Shown here: positions 36,898 to 49,797 of the stretch, in pieces
Numbering within the stretch: the stretch's first letter is position 1
How the letters are laid out: the number at the start of each line of letters is the position of its first letter
Source of the DNA: Takakia lepidozioides
Lineage: Eukaryota; Plantae; Bryophyta
Assembly: GCA_030704615.1 (NCBI GenBank)
Contig: CM060733.1
Coordinates: 64,914,001 to 64,978,000 of the forward strand
Direction of reading: 5' to 3'
DNA: 64,000 nucleotides
Translations under genes and position numbers: made by a program
The notes under the pieces: generated by a model
Seen by the model: the letters and a program-made list of their open reading frames with translations, nothing else
The model's database searches: none
What the model was told of the DNA's origin: nothing

Positions 36898-39327
36898 AAC
36901 CTCTCTGTGGCCCTACCTTCTGCCCACTGACAGGTGCTGGCACCATTGCTGGTGCTGGTCCTTCTGGACCTGTTGTTTTTGTGGTGGATCTTCCACCAAG
37001 TGGTGGCCCTTGAGCACTCCCTGCTTCTGGCCCCACGATATTCACAGTATTCCCAGTTTCAGTTGCACTACTTCCCACACTCCCTGTCCCCCCAGAGCCA
37101 GATCCAGGCAGCCCGCCTGATCCCCCTGAGCCGACACCTTCGTTGGCCTGCGATCCAAGTGCTCCACTTGATCCAGGTCCAACGGGTTGGGATGTCCTGG
37201 TTGTAGTCTCAACCTCAGCTGTTGGGTCTACTTCTTCATATTCTTCTTCTTCCAATTTCTTCTCTCTGTTTTCATCCTCCAAGTTCTGCCCTTGGGTTTC
37301 TTCTTCACTCATGTAACTCAACTGCAATGGTGTTGGAGAGTCTGAACTCTCCGTTGGCTCTGCCACATCCTCTCCTCCTTCTTCACCTTCCGCTTCAGAA
37401 ACTGGAGTTCCTGCTTTTGGTGTTCCATGCCAACTCTTATCAAAGATTTCTGTCAAATCTTTTATCCAGGGATGTACCTCAGATCTTTCACCTCGTGATT
37501 GATCTTCTTCTCGTACCAATTCCCTTAATCTTTCTCGCAAAGAAATAGAAGGAGTGTCATTCAACTCTAATTCTTCTGGTATGGGTGATGTACTCTTTGA
37601 TCTTAATGGCGTGAGAGGTCCAGATGATTCCCCTATGTCTATTCCTCTCTCCCAAAGATATGGATAATTAGCTTTCAGATAGCTTTCTCTTTTTGCTGAA
37701 TATCTCTGGCGTCTAGCTTCTCTTTCATCACTCATGTCCCATGTCTTTCATTTCTTTTTAATGTGGCAATAACCAAAACTCTCTTCTGTAATATCTCTCG
37801 TATATGCCTGGGTTTCTTTCAAGCTTCAATGCACCCTTGGTTATACTTGAAGTCTCCGTTACCATATAACCATATGGCAAACAAGTCTGAAAAGCTATTC
37901 TTGGTGTGAGTTTGATCCACAAAATATCCTTTGGAATCCAATTCTTTACCAGTACAAGCTCTTCATGCATATGAGTATAAACATTCACTTTTCTTTCCTC
38001 CCAGCCTTCAAACTCTACTCGCTTAATGGATAGCAATGCTATCACATATACCAATGTTGGTAACCAACGTGCTCTTCCTCTACAGGCCACCTGATAAATC
38101 TTTATCACTCCTTTCTCCAGACCCCACTCTGGGTCAGCATCATGCACTCTCTTAAGAATGTTTTCTTTACAACCATCCAGCAATTCCAAAAACCTCTGGA
38201 AGAATCGTTTGGACAATCTTTCCTTCTCAGTTTCACAAGGAATTTGATTCACATCAAATTCTTTAATTCTCCATCCACCATGATCCCACCAGATGCCTGT
38301 CACATCTGGTTGTTCATGACCCAGATCCCCAGTATGGTCGCCAAATGTCGCGCGGCTTTTACTCACCCATCCCTTCGCTATCCGAGGCGGAAACTCCAAG
38401 ATAGAAGAGTTGGAAATCTCTAAGTACTCAGCCCGCTCAGAACAATCAGTCATGACCTACAGCTAGTGTATCATGGGGGTGTTTCCTATTTGTTTTCCTT
38501 TCCGCATTCATGTTAGCTAGCTACCTTACTATTGATAATTGAGTATCAGTTTGCTCATCAACTCATCCATTCATTCCACAGCTTCACTCAGATATCTCTA
38601 CATAGTGTGATTGTATCGTATAAGTATCAGATTATGATTTATCAGGTATCAAGCCGAAGCCATTGTGTCTCTAATCTCCTCTACAATATCACTACAGCTT
38701 TGCATATAACAAGCATTTACTAATCATCTCTCCTCCTTCACCGTGCTCTCCATGCTTGCTTTTGTTCTTGCTCTCCGCCCGATCCCCTCTCATCCATGAC
38801 CAAGAATCCTCCCCCTCGAGTGCTTCCAAGATTGATCCCCTTCTCAGTCCTTGCTTCTCCCTTTATCTTCCTACCCGTGGCTCTAACCGTTTCCCTCACT
38901 AACCGTCGTCCGAGAACTAACATGTTCCATTTGCAGGTGTTGTTCCCCACAGTCGTTCCCTGTCCTGCTATCCGTTCCCTATGGTTGTGACAGCTGTGTC
39001 AAGCTGTGACTGGCTGTGTGAAACTGTGACGGGCTGTGACTGGCTATGCGACTGTGTTTGGCTGTGTTGGTTGTGTCGGCTGTGACGGGCTGTGATGGCT
39101 GTGTTGGCTGTGACGACTGTGTTGGCTGTGTTGACTGTGTCGGCTGTGACGGGCTGTGTTGGCTGTGACGACTGTGTTGGCTGTGACGACTGTGACGGGC
39201 TGTGTAACCCCTCTCTACAGTGCGCTGTTATCACCCCTAAGGCTCCTGTTGGTCTCAGTCTGTGCAAAATTTAAGGGTACTCCTCAGATCCCGTAAAAAT
39301 TTCTAAGTCCCTGGCAGTCCTCTAACA
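36897..39327 (-). mobile_element. 5' portion of a Gypsy family B relative (5' LTR, PBS, upstream ORF, start of gag-like ORF), truncated on the left
   Basis: LTR 39327-38346 (TGTTAGAGG...CGACA); PBS-like TGGCGACCATACTGGG 2 nt downstream; ORFs 38453-37758 and 37735-~36900. Confidence 0.8.
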
Positions 39328-40052
39328 GTTGTGTAGCGATATGTATGCGCACGACAGGCCTGAGGATGAAGAAGAACCATAAACGTATTACCAGTTCCCA
39401 TAATCATTATCCATTGACATGAGATAGCTGAGTTATATCATCTAAAAGAGAAGAGAGAAGACTCCGGCCAGAGCCGGCGTAACTAAGAGTCACTTCGCCT
39501 CACGGCTACTGTCCCCTTACGGGAGTGGGCCCTATAAAGAAAACAGGTGTCCAGGGGACACCGAGTAATCATGGGATAGGGGTACCTAGGAGGTTGGGGG
39601 GATGTCAAGTTATGAAACTGTCACGTTTCGTGACCTAGGAGGTTGGGGGGATAACAAGTTATGAAACTGTCAAGTCACGAAACTGTGACGGGCTGTGACT
39701 GGCTGTGCGACTGTGTTTGGCTGTGTCGGGCTGTGACTGGCTGTGTGGCTGTGTCGGGCTGTGTCGGGCTGTGTCGGCTGTATCGGCTGTGTCGACTGTG
39801 ACGGCTGTGTTGGCTGTGATGACTGTGACGACTGTGACGGGCTGTGTTGGCTATGTGGGCTGTGATGGCTGTGTGGGCTGTGACGACTGTGTAACCCCCC
39901 TCTACAGTGCGCTGCTGTCACCCCTAAGGCTCCTGTTGGTCTCAGTCTGTGCAAAAATTAAGGGTACCCTACAGATCCCGTATAAGTGTCTAAGTCCCCG
40001 ACAGTCCTCTAACATTACCCCTTCCCCCCTCAAAAAGCCGTGTCCTCACGGT

Positions 40053-43000
40053 TTACTGATTTCTACTAGCAAACCTTTGTGAGTGAGCTCCTTCTTGACG
40101 TTGAGAGTTTCGTGGCGGACTGTGTGTACGAGCCCGAGGTCTGTTTCTGGTTGACGGAGATGGTTGATCACTACCTGGATAAGTGAGGCCCTCTGGAGGC
40201 TGATATCGAGGTAATCTTTCCGGCATAGGAGATCCCCGTCGCTTCTTCTCTTCCATCTGAATTGCATAGTCTTCTCCCATGTCAAAAGAATTCGGTGAAG
40301 AAACAGTTGTATCAGAATCCTCATCGCCTCTCAGGTGTTTTAATTTTCGAACTTTTTGTGTAATCATCTGGGGCATACAATGCTGTCCTACCATGTCTGG
40401 AAGTTTGTATTTTACAACATGGTGTAACCGTTGAACAGCAAAATTGGTGTAGACACTGAGCTCCTTGTCTGTCCAGGTGAGTGGGGTACCAATTACTGGT
40501 GCAGCGTGCAAGTACTTCCATGCCACATGTCCCTTATAGAAAATGTTATCAATGCCGAATTTCTGTGTTGACAAATGGTTGCAGGCTGCTTGAAACCACG
40601 AGCGAATTTGAGAATCCTTTTGCATCATAACTTTTGGGTCATATAGGTACATATGAGGTGGCACCGAAGGTAATACCCAATGATCTCCACTGGAATAACT
40701 TTGAAAGCGTGTTTGCATCTTTTGTTGCTCAATGTGGTAACGTACCAGAAAACAAGCAGCGTAGTATAACCCGCACCCCATGACAATACTTGCTATCTCC
40801 TTGGTCTTGGTATAAATGAGTCCATGTACAACCTGGAAAGCAATCAATTCCCTCAACATGGTACCTGCCTCGTGCCAGTATTGTGCAAAGTGATGATCTT
40901 CATATGTCGATTGTTCGGAAGAACTTTAGTCCTAGTTGCCACTGGCAGCCAAATACGCATGATTTGGTAGTAATGTGCGAATGACTGCGGAGGACTAAAT
41001 TCTTTCCAAGCCAAATCCAACATGATGGGAATTTGGTTGAAGGGCATAATCATAGCCCTACTGTACTCCCTTGCAGCTGGAGTTTTAGGTGGGTTAAAAG
41101 CGGCATTGCCCCATACCTCCGGCTGTGGTGGCTGTGGTGTGCTTGTAGTAACCACAGGTTCAGCTACTGGTACAGTGACTTGTTGTGGTGGTGGTGGTAC
41201 TGGCTCTTGTATCATTGGCATCTCCTGCACCTCCTGTGAAGACTGAAAAGCCAAAGTTCTGGCTTGTAAATAAGAAGCCATTAGCTGTTCCTGAGGGATA
41301 TAGACTCTTTGGTCGATGTTTGAAGTGAGTTCTTCGACTTGAGTCTGGAGTCCGTCTACATCCTCTTGTAACTCTGCTATCCTACTATAGACATTGTCTA
41401 TAGTAGTTGTGGCAATGTTCTGCACCTGCAGCCTGAGCTTATTCATCTCGCTTTGGGTGAGCTTCCGTGGTGCTTTGCCCTCTACTGGCCCTTGTGCTAA
41501 CCAGACCTGCATAAGGCTGTTATCCACCAAGTTGCTTGTGGTTCCCCTGAGAGTTTGCTCCTCTCTCAGCTTGTACAATTCCAACTGCTGTTGTAAAGCC
41601 TCCATGCGCTTCGCCTGAGGTTCAACCAATTGCGCATAAGCAGCAAGTAGATTATTGGCTTCCTTCCAAGCCTTGTTAGTTACCGCGATTTCATTTCTAT
41701 TGGCCATGATGGTTTGTTGCAACTCCACGATGTGCTTCTCTTGATCAGCTTCTATTTGCCTGTATTGCTTGAAAGTATCTTCATTGCGACAGATTGTATT
41801 CTTCATATCGACAATGAGCTTCATTTGCTCAACATTCTCTTCTTCTGCCTTCGTACATTTTTCGCTTGACTGTTTATTTCTTTTGTTGATTGGTCAAGCA
41901 TAGTTGTAAATGTAGCACATTGTATCGCCATCCTGTATGCACTGTCTGCAACTCCGTATGTAGTGCATTCAGTTCTTGCAACTTGCTTTCATGCTGCACC
42001 TGCATTTGGTATAGCTGTTGCTTATGTGCTTCGTGCAACTGGTCTTGCGCGAGGCCTGCCTCAATCAATTGTTGCCTAGCCAATTGCAAAGCCATTTCTG
42101 TATTTCCCAAGTCCTGCTTCATCTTGAGAGTGACCTCTTCATCGACCTTGTTTGCACACTCAGTGGCAAGTCGAGCCTCAAACTCCTTCCTGAGTTCCTC
42201 TTTCAAGGCTGTCAATTGGGTAATTGGAACATGGGATTTGACATAAGTCCCCAACAAATTAAGTGTCCTGCCTATGGAACTCATCAGCATTGCCTGTTGA
42301 GGGTCATCATGGTGAGGTTGCTGCTGTTCCTCCTGTTCTTCAACAGTGTGATGTCTCACTAACCATTCAGGCCATTGTCCCACCGGATTTTCTTCCTGAA
42401 CTACTTCATCTATCACCAAGTGCTACAGTGTCATGACCTTCCGCCTGTGGTACCTCCGACACAGGTGTGTGTATTATATGCACCTCAGGATTTCCCTTGG
42501 GCAACTGTTGCACCTCTGGGATTTCTGTCTCCTTGACCAGACCAGAATATTCATAGAGAAGGTCCCCCTTCTCTATTTCTGCCACTATCTGTTCTGTAGT
42601 TGGAATATCTAACCCTTCACTTTCCAAATCAATTATTTCTGGTTGAGCTGCATGGATAACTTGTGACCTTGTGACAAGTCGTTCAGGTGGTTGTGCTGGT
42701 TGTGATGCAGAAGTAACTTCCTCCTCCCTCTCTGAAGGTCCTGCTTCCAGTAATAGCATTTCTCTGTGCTGCTGTGGCCCCTTCCTGGCCATGAGCTTGG
42801 GAAACATTATCATGCGGAATCCGTGAAGCCAGTGGATCCGCCACTACAGTCTTTCCCCGTCTCTGCCTCTTAGTCTCGGGTTGCCTTGCTAGTCCACCCT
42901 CACTATGTGAAGAGCCTTGCTCTTCCATTGCAGTTGTTTCTGGCTCAAACACTCCCATTTCCTTTCTTTCTTGCGCATTAAGTATGCCAGAATCAAGGAT

Positions 43001-43810
43001 TATTTGAGCAATGATTGGGCCAGACACTATTATAGGAGACTTTGCGGTAGTACCTTGTAATCTTTTCATCTCCTCTACCAGTGCGTTGTACATTATGTCC
43101 GCCCATTGTACCTCTCGTCCCTTCAGGCCTTTGAGTATTTCCTCCGTGAAGGATCTGCTCAAATACTGTTGGTTCTGTTTCATGGCAATCAGAACGTTCA
43201 ATACCTGGCCTACCTCTTTTAACCCTGGGTACACAGCCTTGGTACAAGCATAACCCTGAGTTTTAAAGAAACTCCCTTCTTGGAATAAGTCCTCTATTTG
43301 CAGTCTTGCCCTGTGTTGCTCCACATGCACCTGACCTGCTGGTAATCGAAACAATTGCTGGAGGTATAGGGGAGTAATCATTAATTCAACTCCCTTCACC
43401 GTTGTTGTTCCTGTCCTTGGCTCAAAGTTCTGCAAAAATTGTAACATGTATTGTCTATGGTGTAGTGTCCAATCTGGGCTTTGCAATCTTTGCAATCTCA
43501 GCTCCTCCAGTATCTGTATCGCCTGTGGGGTAGCAATTGTTTGTTTCTGCAGAATCGTGGTGCTCTTCACCCTGATTTCCTCCATGCCTCTCACTCTCTT
43601 CATTTTAGACTCACCGAACTGTTTTGGCTGTAACAACTGTAGGAATGCCTGTAGTGCACAAAGCATAAACGTATGGTTGTCGCAGAAAGCTATGGGTAAT
43701 TTCTTGTAAGCCTGTGGGGCTTGCAAGCATCGCTCAAGAGAAAAGCTCCGCTCTGTCCTTTCGTGTCTATGCCATTGCGTAAGTAATATTGCGAGCGTAT
43801 AGTCTGTTAG
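40053..43810 (-). pseudogene. 3' accessory ORF(s) of copy 2 (Transposase_32-like plus coiled coil)
   Basis: Peptides near-identical to 23520-27277, with different frameshifts. Confidence 0.6.
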
Positions 43811-44461
43811 TTCCTCCATAGTTTCCAAGTTATAGCATTTATGGCCTGTCCTGTCGAGACGCCCGTTACTCAGAACAACGCCGCCTCTTGCGCTCAATTT
43901 CCCTCCATTTTCTTGATCCTTTCTCTGGTTTTCTATTGGCTGTATCCGCTGTGACTGGATTTTAGATTTTATCTTCTTTAGTGGTCTTTCCCTGTTGGAT
44001 AGTCCACTAGGATCACACATGTGACAAGAATTCGACTTTTCTGTACTTGCCGTTCGTTCCGTTTCCCTTTTTCCGTACTCATTAATGGGCCTAGCTTTCA
44101 TCCCTTTTGACGGCCGTTCTTGTCTTCTTTCTTTTTGACACCTGTCCTTGCACTTCATTGTCGGCTGTGTGTCGCGCCCTGACCTCCACGTGTCTATTTT
44201 GAAAGTAATTTCCGTTTCCTCTTCCGTCATCCATTTTCCTGAAGTTATTATGTGTCCACTTGTCACTGATTCTATGGATGGTGTAACTTTAGTAGGCTGT
44301 GTTGAGCTGTGACAGGCTGTGTCATACTGTGTTACGCTGTGATAGGCTGTGATGCACTGTGGTAAGCTGTGATAGGCTGTGACACGCTGTGGTAGGTTGT
44401 GATAGGCTGTGTTGCGCCTTGCGGGGCTGTGATAGGCTGTGTCACGTCGTGATGGGCTGTG

Positions 44462-47206
44462 TCACGTCGTGATGGGCTGTGTCACGTCGTGATGGGTTGT
44501 GTCACGTTTGTTTTGCCCACCCTGGTCATATATGCTGGGCCTAGCGACAAGTGTTCCATACTCCGTTCGTAACACTGGTGCAGCCCGTGACTGCTCTTGC
44601 GGTTCAACATGCAAATCATGCTGCAGGGGTTTGTCATGGATACCACTGTACCCCTTCAACTTATTTGCATTGACTCTTCCCAGCATTTCTTTGTTAACGG
44701 TTTGTAACATGGTGGTGTTGTTATCATACATCTTTTGTATGACATAAGGTCCTTTCCACGGTGATTTAAGCTTAGAAGCTTGAATCTTTCCTTTCTTCTG
44801 TAACCATAGAACCAAATCCCCCGTCTTAAAAGTCTTTAACTTGCCTTCATCAAACTGTTCCTTTCGCTTCATCTGAATTCTGGTCATATTATCAGCTGCA
44901 TCAGCACGTACTTCTTCCACATGGTATAATTCATGTTTCCTGACCTTGATGGAGTCTTGCAATTCCATTCTTTTTCCCCACTCCGTTCTCATGGTAGGTA
45001 ACAGGAATTCCACTGGAAGTAAGGCTTCCATGCCATAAACTAATTGGAATGGTGTATACTTAGTGGTGACTTTATATGAAGTCCTGTATGACCACAAAGC
45101 TGTCAGCAGCTTTGTATCCCAATCCGTTCTGTTTGCATTGACTATCTTAGCCAAGATAGTACATAGTATTTTGTTGGTAGCCTCTGCCTGCCCATTACCT
45201 TGTGGGTAATATGTTGTACTCTTTCTATGCACAATCATAAACTCTTTAGTCAACAACTCAATGGTCTCATTAATGAAGTGACTTCCTTGATCACTGATAA
45301 ATTCTAAGGGACAGCCAAATCGTGTAAGTATGTTCTCGTACAGGAACCTTGCTGTGGACTTGGCTGTGTTGTCCCTCAAAGCTTTAGCTTCCACCCACTT
45401 TGTAGTATAATCAGTGGTTGTAATTATGTACCTGTTTCGTGTATTCTTGGATGGTGGGTTAATTGGTCCAACAAAGTCTAGTCCCCATTTCTGAAATGGT
45501 TCTGTAGGCATTGTAGGATGCAAGGCCATCCTTCCAGATCTCTGCAAAGGTCCTAGCCTCTGGCATTCATCACACTTCTGACAATACTCGTGTACATCTT
45601 TGAACAAAGTAGGCCACCAGTATCCTGCGAGTAGTATCTTTCTACTGGTAGTCTCTTCTCCAAAATGACCTCCAGCCACTCCTTTATGAACTTCCGCCAA
45701 AACTTTATTTACTTCATGGTGGTACAAGCATCGTTTTAGTACTCCATCAGGTCCTAACTTATACATTCTGCTTCCTACCATAGTATAAGGTAAAGCTTTG
45801 ATAGCGATTCTCTTCCTCTGCTCCTTACCATAACTAGGTGGGCACTGACCATGAGCAAGGTAGTATCTGATTGGCCACTGCCAATCTAACCATTCATCTG
45901 CACTTCCTTGCACCTCCATTATAAATAAACTCGCATCAGGTAACTGATCGTCCACTCCTGTGGCGGCCTCTCCTGTTGTTAGTCGTGACAAATGATCTGC
46001 CACAAGATGCAAATGGCCAGGCTTGTAAATAACCTCGAACTCAAACTCATGCAAGATTATTAACCATCTTGCTATTCTTCCGCTTATCAGAGGTTTGTTC
46101 ACCAGATATATCAGAGCCTGGTGATCCACATAAAACATAAACTTTCTTCCCAATAGGTAATGCCTGAATTTCTTGACTGCATAAATCATTGCCAATGCTT
46201 CTCTTTCTGTTGTGCTATAGTTCCTCTCAGCACTGTTCATCAACCAGCTAGCATAGTACACAGGTGAATCTATATTCCCTGTAACATTCTGGGCTAACAC
46301 CGCTCCCAACGCTTCTCCTGATGCATCGCAATGAACATGGAATACTACATGCCAGTGAGGGTTAATCAGTACAGGTGTAGTTGTTACTGACAGTGTAAGT
46401 TCCTCAAATGTCTGTTGACATTCCGCTGTCCAGGTAAACACTGCATCTTTCTTCAGTAGTTTGCTCAATGGTGCTGCTATTTGTGCATACCTTTTGACAA
46501 ATCTCCTGTAATAACTGGTTTGCCCAAGGAATCTCCGTAGACTTTTAACATTCACTGGTGGTGGAGAGGCTTTAATGGACTCTGTCTTTCTGGGATCCAC
46601 AAGGAATCCCTTCTTACACACAATGTGTCCCAGAAGCACCCCTGAGTTCACACAGAAGGTACACTTCTCTGGATTCAGGCCCAGACCTCTCATCCTGCAT
46701 CTGGCCAAACATAACTCCAATTTATGCAAGTGCTCACTCTTAGAGCTGTACACACTGAAATCATCCAAGAATACCAGCATGAAATCATCCAGATACTCAT
46801 GAAAAGATTCACTTATCACTCTCTGAAAGGTCGCTGGTGCATTACAAAGTCCAAAGGGCATGACTTTGTATGCATAAGCCCCCCAGTCTGTGATGAAAGC
46901 TGTTTTCCCTTGGTCTTCTTCTGCCACTTGCACTTGATTATAACCACTGAAGCCATCCATGAATGAGTACATCTCATGGCCTGCCACAGTGTCTAATACT
47001 GCTTCTGTGAATGGCAAAGGGAAAGGATATTTCTTCGTACAAGCATTCAGCTTCTTATAGTTCACACATACTCTTAGTTTGCCATTCTTCTTGGGAACTA
47101 CAACAATGGGTGACAACCAAGTTGTATACTCTATTGGGTATATAAACTTAGCCTCAGCCAACTTCTTTATCTCTTCTCCAACCTTCTGTGCGTAGTTGGG
47201 ATTCAT
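44462..47206 (-). CDS. RT-RNase H-integrase of Gypsy family B copy 2
   Basis: WLSPIVVVPKKNGKLRVC; MDGFSGYNQ; MPFGLCNAP; FLDD; HCDASG; integrase DDE; GPY; no chromodomain. Confidence 0.93.
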   Translation of the reverse strand: MNPNYAQKVGEEIKKLAEAKFIYPIEYTTWLSPIVVVPKKNGKLRVCVNYKKLNACTKKYPFPLPFTEAVLDTVAGHEMYSFMDGFSGYNQVQVAEEDQGKTAFITDWGAYAYKVMPFGLCNAPATFQRVISESFHEYLDDFMLVFLDDFSVYSSKSEHLHKLELCLARCRMRGLGLNPEKCTFCVNSGVLLGHIVCKKGFLVDPRKTESIKASPPPVNVKSLRRFLGQTSYYRRFVKRYAQIAAPLSKLLKKDAVFTWTAECQQTFEELTLSVTTTPVLINPHWHVVFHVHCDASGEALGAVLAQNVTGNIDSPVYYASWLMNSAERNYSTTEREALAMIYAVKKFRHYLLGRKFMFYVDHQALIYLVNKPLISGRIARWLIILHEFEFEVIYKPGHLHLVADHLSRLTTGEAATGVDDQLPDASLFIMEVQGSADEWLDWQWPIRYYLAHGQCPPSYGKEQRKRIAIKALPYTMVGSRMYKLGPDGVLKRCLYHHEVNKVLAEVHKGVAGGHFGEETTSRKILLAGYWWPTLFKDVHEYCQKCDECQRLGPLQRSGRMALHPTMPTEPFQKWGLDFVGPINPPSKNTRNRYIITTTDYTTKWVEAKALRDNTAKSTARFLYENILTRFGCPLEFISDQGSHFINETIELLTKEFMIVHRKSTTYYPQGNGQAEATNKILCTILAKIVNANRTDWDTKLLTALWSYRTSYKVTTKYTPFQLVYGMEALLPVEFLLPTMRTEWGKRMELQDSIKVRKHELYHVEEVRADAADNMTRIQMKRKEQFDEGKLKTFKTGDLVLWLQKKGKIQASKLKSPWKGPYVIQKMYDNNTTMLQTVNKEMLGRVNANKLKGYSGIHDKPLQHDLHVEPQEQSRAAPVLRTEYGTLVARPSIYDQGGQNKRDTTHHDVTQPITT

Positions 47207-47887
47207 TCTATACCTCGCCTGCTTGATTGGTACTGACCCTGGTTCCAGTTCAATCTTATGCTGACAGACTTCAGGTGGTATCCCTTTAGATCCTCATAGC
47301 TCCAAGCGAATACATCTCTGTATTTGATGAACAAGCTTTTAGCTTCTTCGAAGAATTCCGGCTCCAAATCAGCTCCTACTTTCACTATCCTCGGTTCCTC
47401 CTGAGTTCCCACATTTACTTCTCTCACCTGCTCATTAGCTGTGATTGTCCAACCAGTCACCACTTCATCCTGTAAGCTCACAGTGGCTGGTTCTTCTAGG
47501 ATTTCTATTTCTCCTTCTCTCTCTTCATAGAAATGTGATGGGTAAATGCTAGTTTCCTCTTCAGTTGGTGTTGCTGTCACTACACCACAGCAGATACCTC
47601 TCAAACAACTTAGGCTTTCCAGCCGCATCTCTGCAACCTGCTCCCACTCTGGGTGTGCAGCAAATAGGGTAGCTTCCTGCTCCTCATCCAGTCCTCCTCT
47701 CCAGTCATACTCTCTGACTCCTCGAGGTCTTCTTGTAGCAGGTAAGTAGGACCCTTCCCACTGGGACACAGAACTAGCAATCTTGTAAAGGCATCACATT
47801 TGCAGAACAGTAACAATGTATTTGTAGCAAATTGGAGTCTTCTCATAAAGGTGGACGAAAACGCCAGGATGGGCTGCGAAATCACTA

Positions 47888-48387
47888 NNNNNNNNNNNNN
47901 NNNNNNNNNNNNNNNNNNNNNNNNNNNNNNNNNNNNNNNNNNNNNNNNNNNNNNNNNNNNNNNNNNNNNNNNNNNNNNNNNNNNNNNNNNNNNNNNNNNN
48001 NNNNNNNNNNNNNNNNNNNNNNNNNNNNNNNNNNNNNNNNNNNNNNNNNNNNNNNNNNNNNNNNNNNNNNNNNNNNNNNNNNNNNNNNNNNNNNNNNNNN
48101 NNNNNNNNNNNNNNNNNNNNNNNNNNNNNNNNNNNNNNNNNNNNNNNNNNNNNNNNNNNNNNNNNNNNNNNNNNNNNNNNNNNNNNNNNNNNNNNNNNNN
48201 NNNNNNNNNNNNNNNNNNNNNNNNNNNNNNNNNNNNNNNNNNNNNNNNNNNNNNNNNNNNNNNNNNNNNNNNNNNNNNNNNNNNNNNNNNNNNNNNNNNN
48301 NNNNNNNNNNNNNNNNNNNNNNNNNNNNNNNNNNNNNNNNNNNNNNNNNNNNNNNNNNNNNNNNNNNNNNNNNNNNNNNNNNNNNNN
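47888..48387. other. Scaffold gap (500 N)
   Basis: N run. Confidence 1.
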
Positions 48388-49797
48388 TGGGGAAGTATGC
48401 GGAGGGCTACATCCGCGACGAAGCCCTGGGCTTCATGACAGAGTATAGGTCTTCATTTGATGCAATACAACGACGGGTGTGGGACGGAGAAAGAGGAAGA
48501 AGGAAAGTTGTAGGCGAGGTCCTTCGAAGGTGGTGGAACAAAGCGTGCCATGAGCCGCGCCTTCGGGATGTGGCAAATGATTATGTGTTGAACAACACAA
48601 ACAAGCATGACACCATGGAGACAGTGGGTGCCAACTTTACATCCCTCCTGTGCTATTCTTAATGGTCTTTGTATGCTGGAATTACATATATATTGTCACA
48701 AGTCATTCCGGCCACTATTGGAGTGGGATAGTGTGTACTAACAGGGTGCTTCAGACGACTACAGAGGGTGTTTTGTGGATCTTGGTTGTTGCTTGCAAGT
48801 GATTATGAAGTAGGCTGCATCACTACAGTGTGCTTGAAGGACACACACTGCATGTGGCATGCATGTACAGCACGGTGTTGGTCAGGGGGACTGAGTTGCC
48901 AGCTTCTATTTGGTTTCTGCCAGAAAGTACGCAGCGGAGAAGGTCCGCCTGAAAAACGGAACGGAGTGCATTTGCAAAAGCATGGCGGAGGGGCGGTCGT
49001 AGGGCAGATCCCCGGTGGAGTACCCACAACAATAGAGGAGCTGCAGCCCTTTACAATGTGGGTCAGATCTGCAATTGCAGTGTACGCATCAGAGAAGAGG
49101 ACCCAGATGAGGGCATGGTGAGTCTATCATTTCCCCCAGGGCTGATTGCCACTTCGTACCGGTCAATGAAAGCATAGGCAATCACTATAGAGTGGACGAT
49201 GCCAACACCAGCCTCCTGGTGACTTATGACAGCGGAGTGGCATCATTTTGAACAAGAGAGTAGGAGCTGTGTACGAGATCAGAATCCAATTTCATGCCAT
49301 GTGGAATATGTAGGAGTGATCAAAGAGATCCTTAAACTAGACTAGGTCTTGTGAAGCCAATTCTATTCCGTTGTTCTTGGGTAAAAGCCAATATGGTAGG
49401 AGAGAATGCCACATGAAACGGGATGAGTACGGGTTCCTCCTTGCTGATTCAGAAAAATGCTAACAGATGAAGAGCCATTCATCTTCCCATCGCAAGTTGA
49501 GCAAGTTTCTTTTCAGATGACACCCATGCGCCGGGATGGAAGGTGGTTCTTCACAAGGACCCCCGGGCCAAACGAGTCGTGGCCGACGTCCAGATCTGGG
49601 ACCTAGGGGAGAATGCCGACCACGAGGGTCTGAGGGAACCACAAAATCTACCAGATACGGCCGAACCAGTCTCTTTGGAAGGAGCAGTTACCTTTAATGA
49701 GGAAGACATTCCAGGGTTGGTAATTACCGCAAGGCAAATTGCAGATGTGGGTAGTGAAGGGGAAGATTATTTGGATATAGATAGTGAGCCCAGCTGA
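48388..49797 (+). pseudogene. Degraded 3' part of a second, divergent CACTA TnpD (DUF4218/DUF4216-like)
   Basis: YIRDEALGFMTEY..RRVWD, ANDYVLNN, MKAGNHYRV-like, MKRDEYGFLL, EPFIFPSQV, WKVVLHKDPR parallel 11180-12200. Confidence 0.85.

Larger units (their letters stand above)
39680..47746 (-). mobile_element. Gypsy family B copy 2 (inverted relative to copy 1), 5'-truncated, partial 3' LTR
   Basis: Reverse complement of ~20110-27600; PPT at ~40017-40031; partial LTR 40014-39680. Confidence 0.92.
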
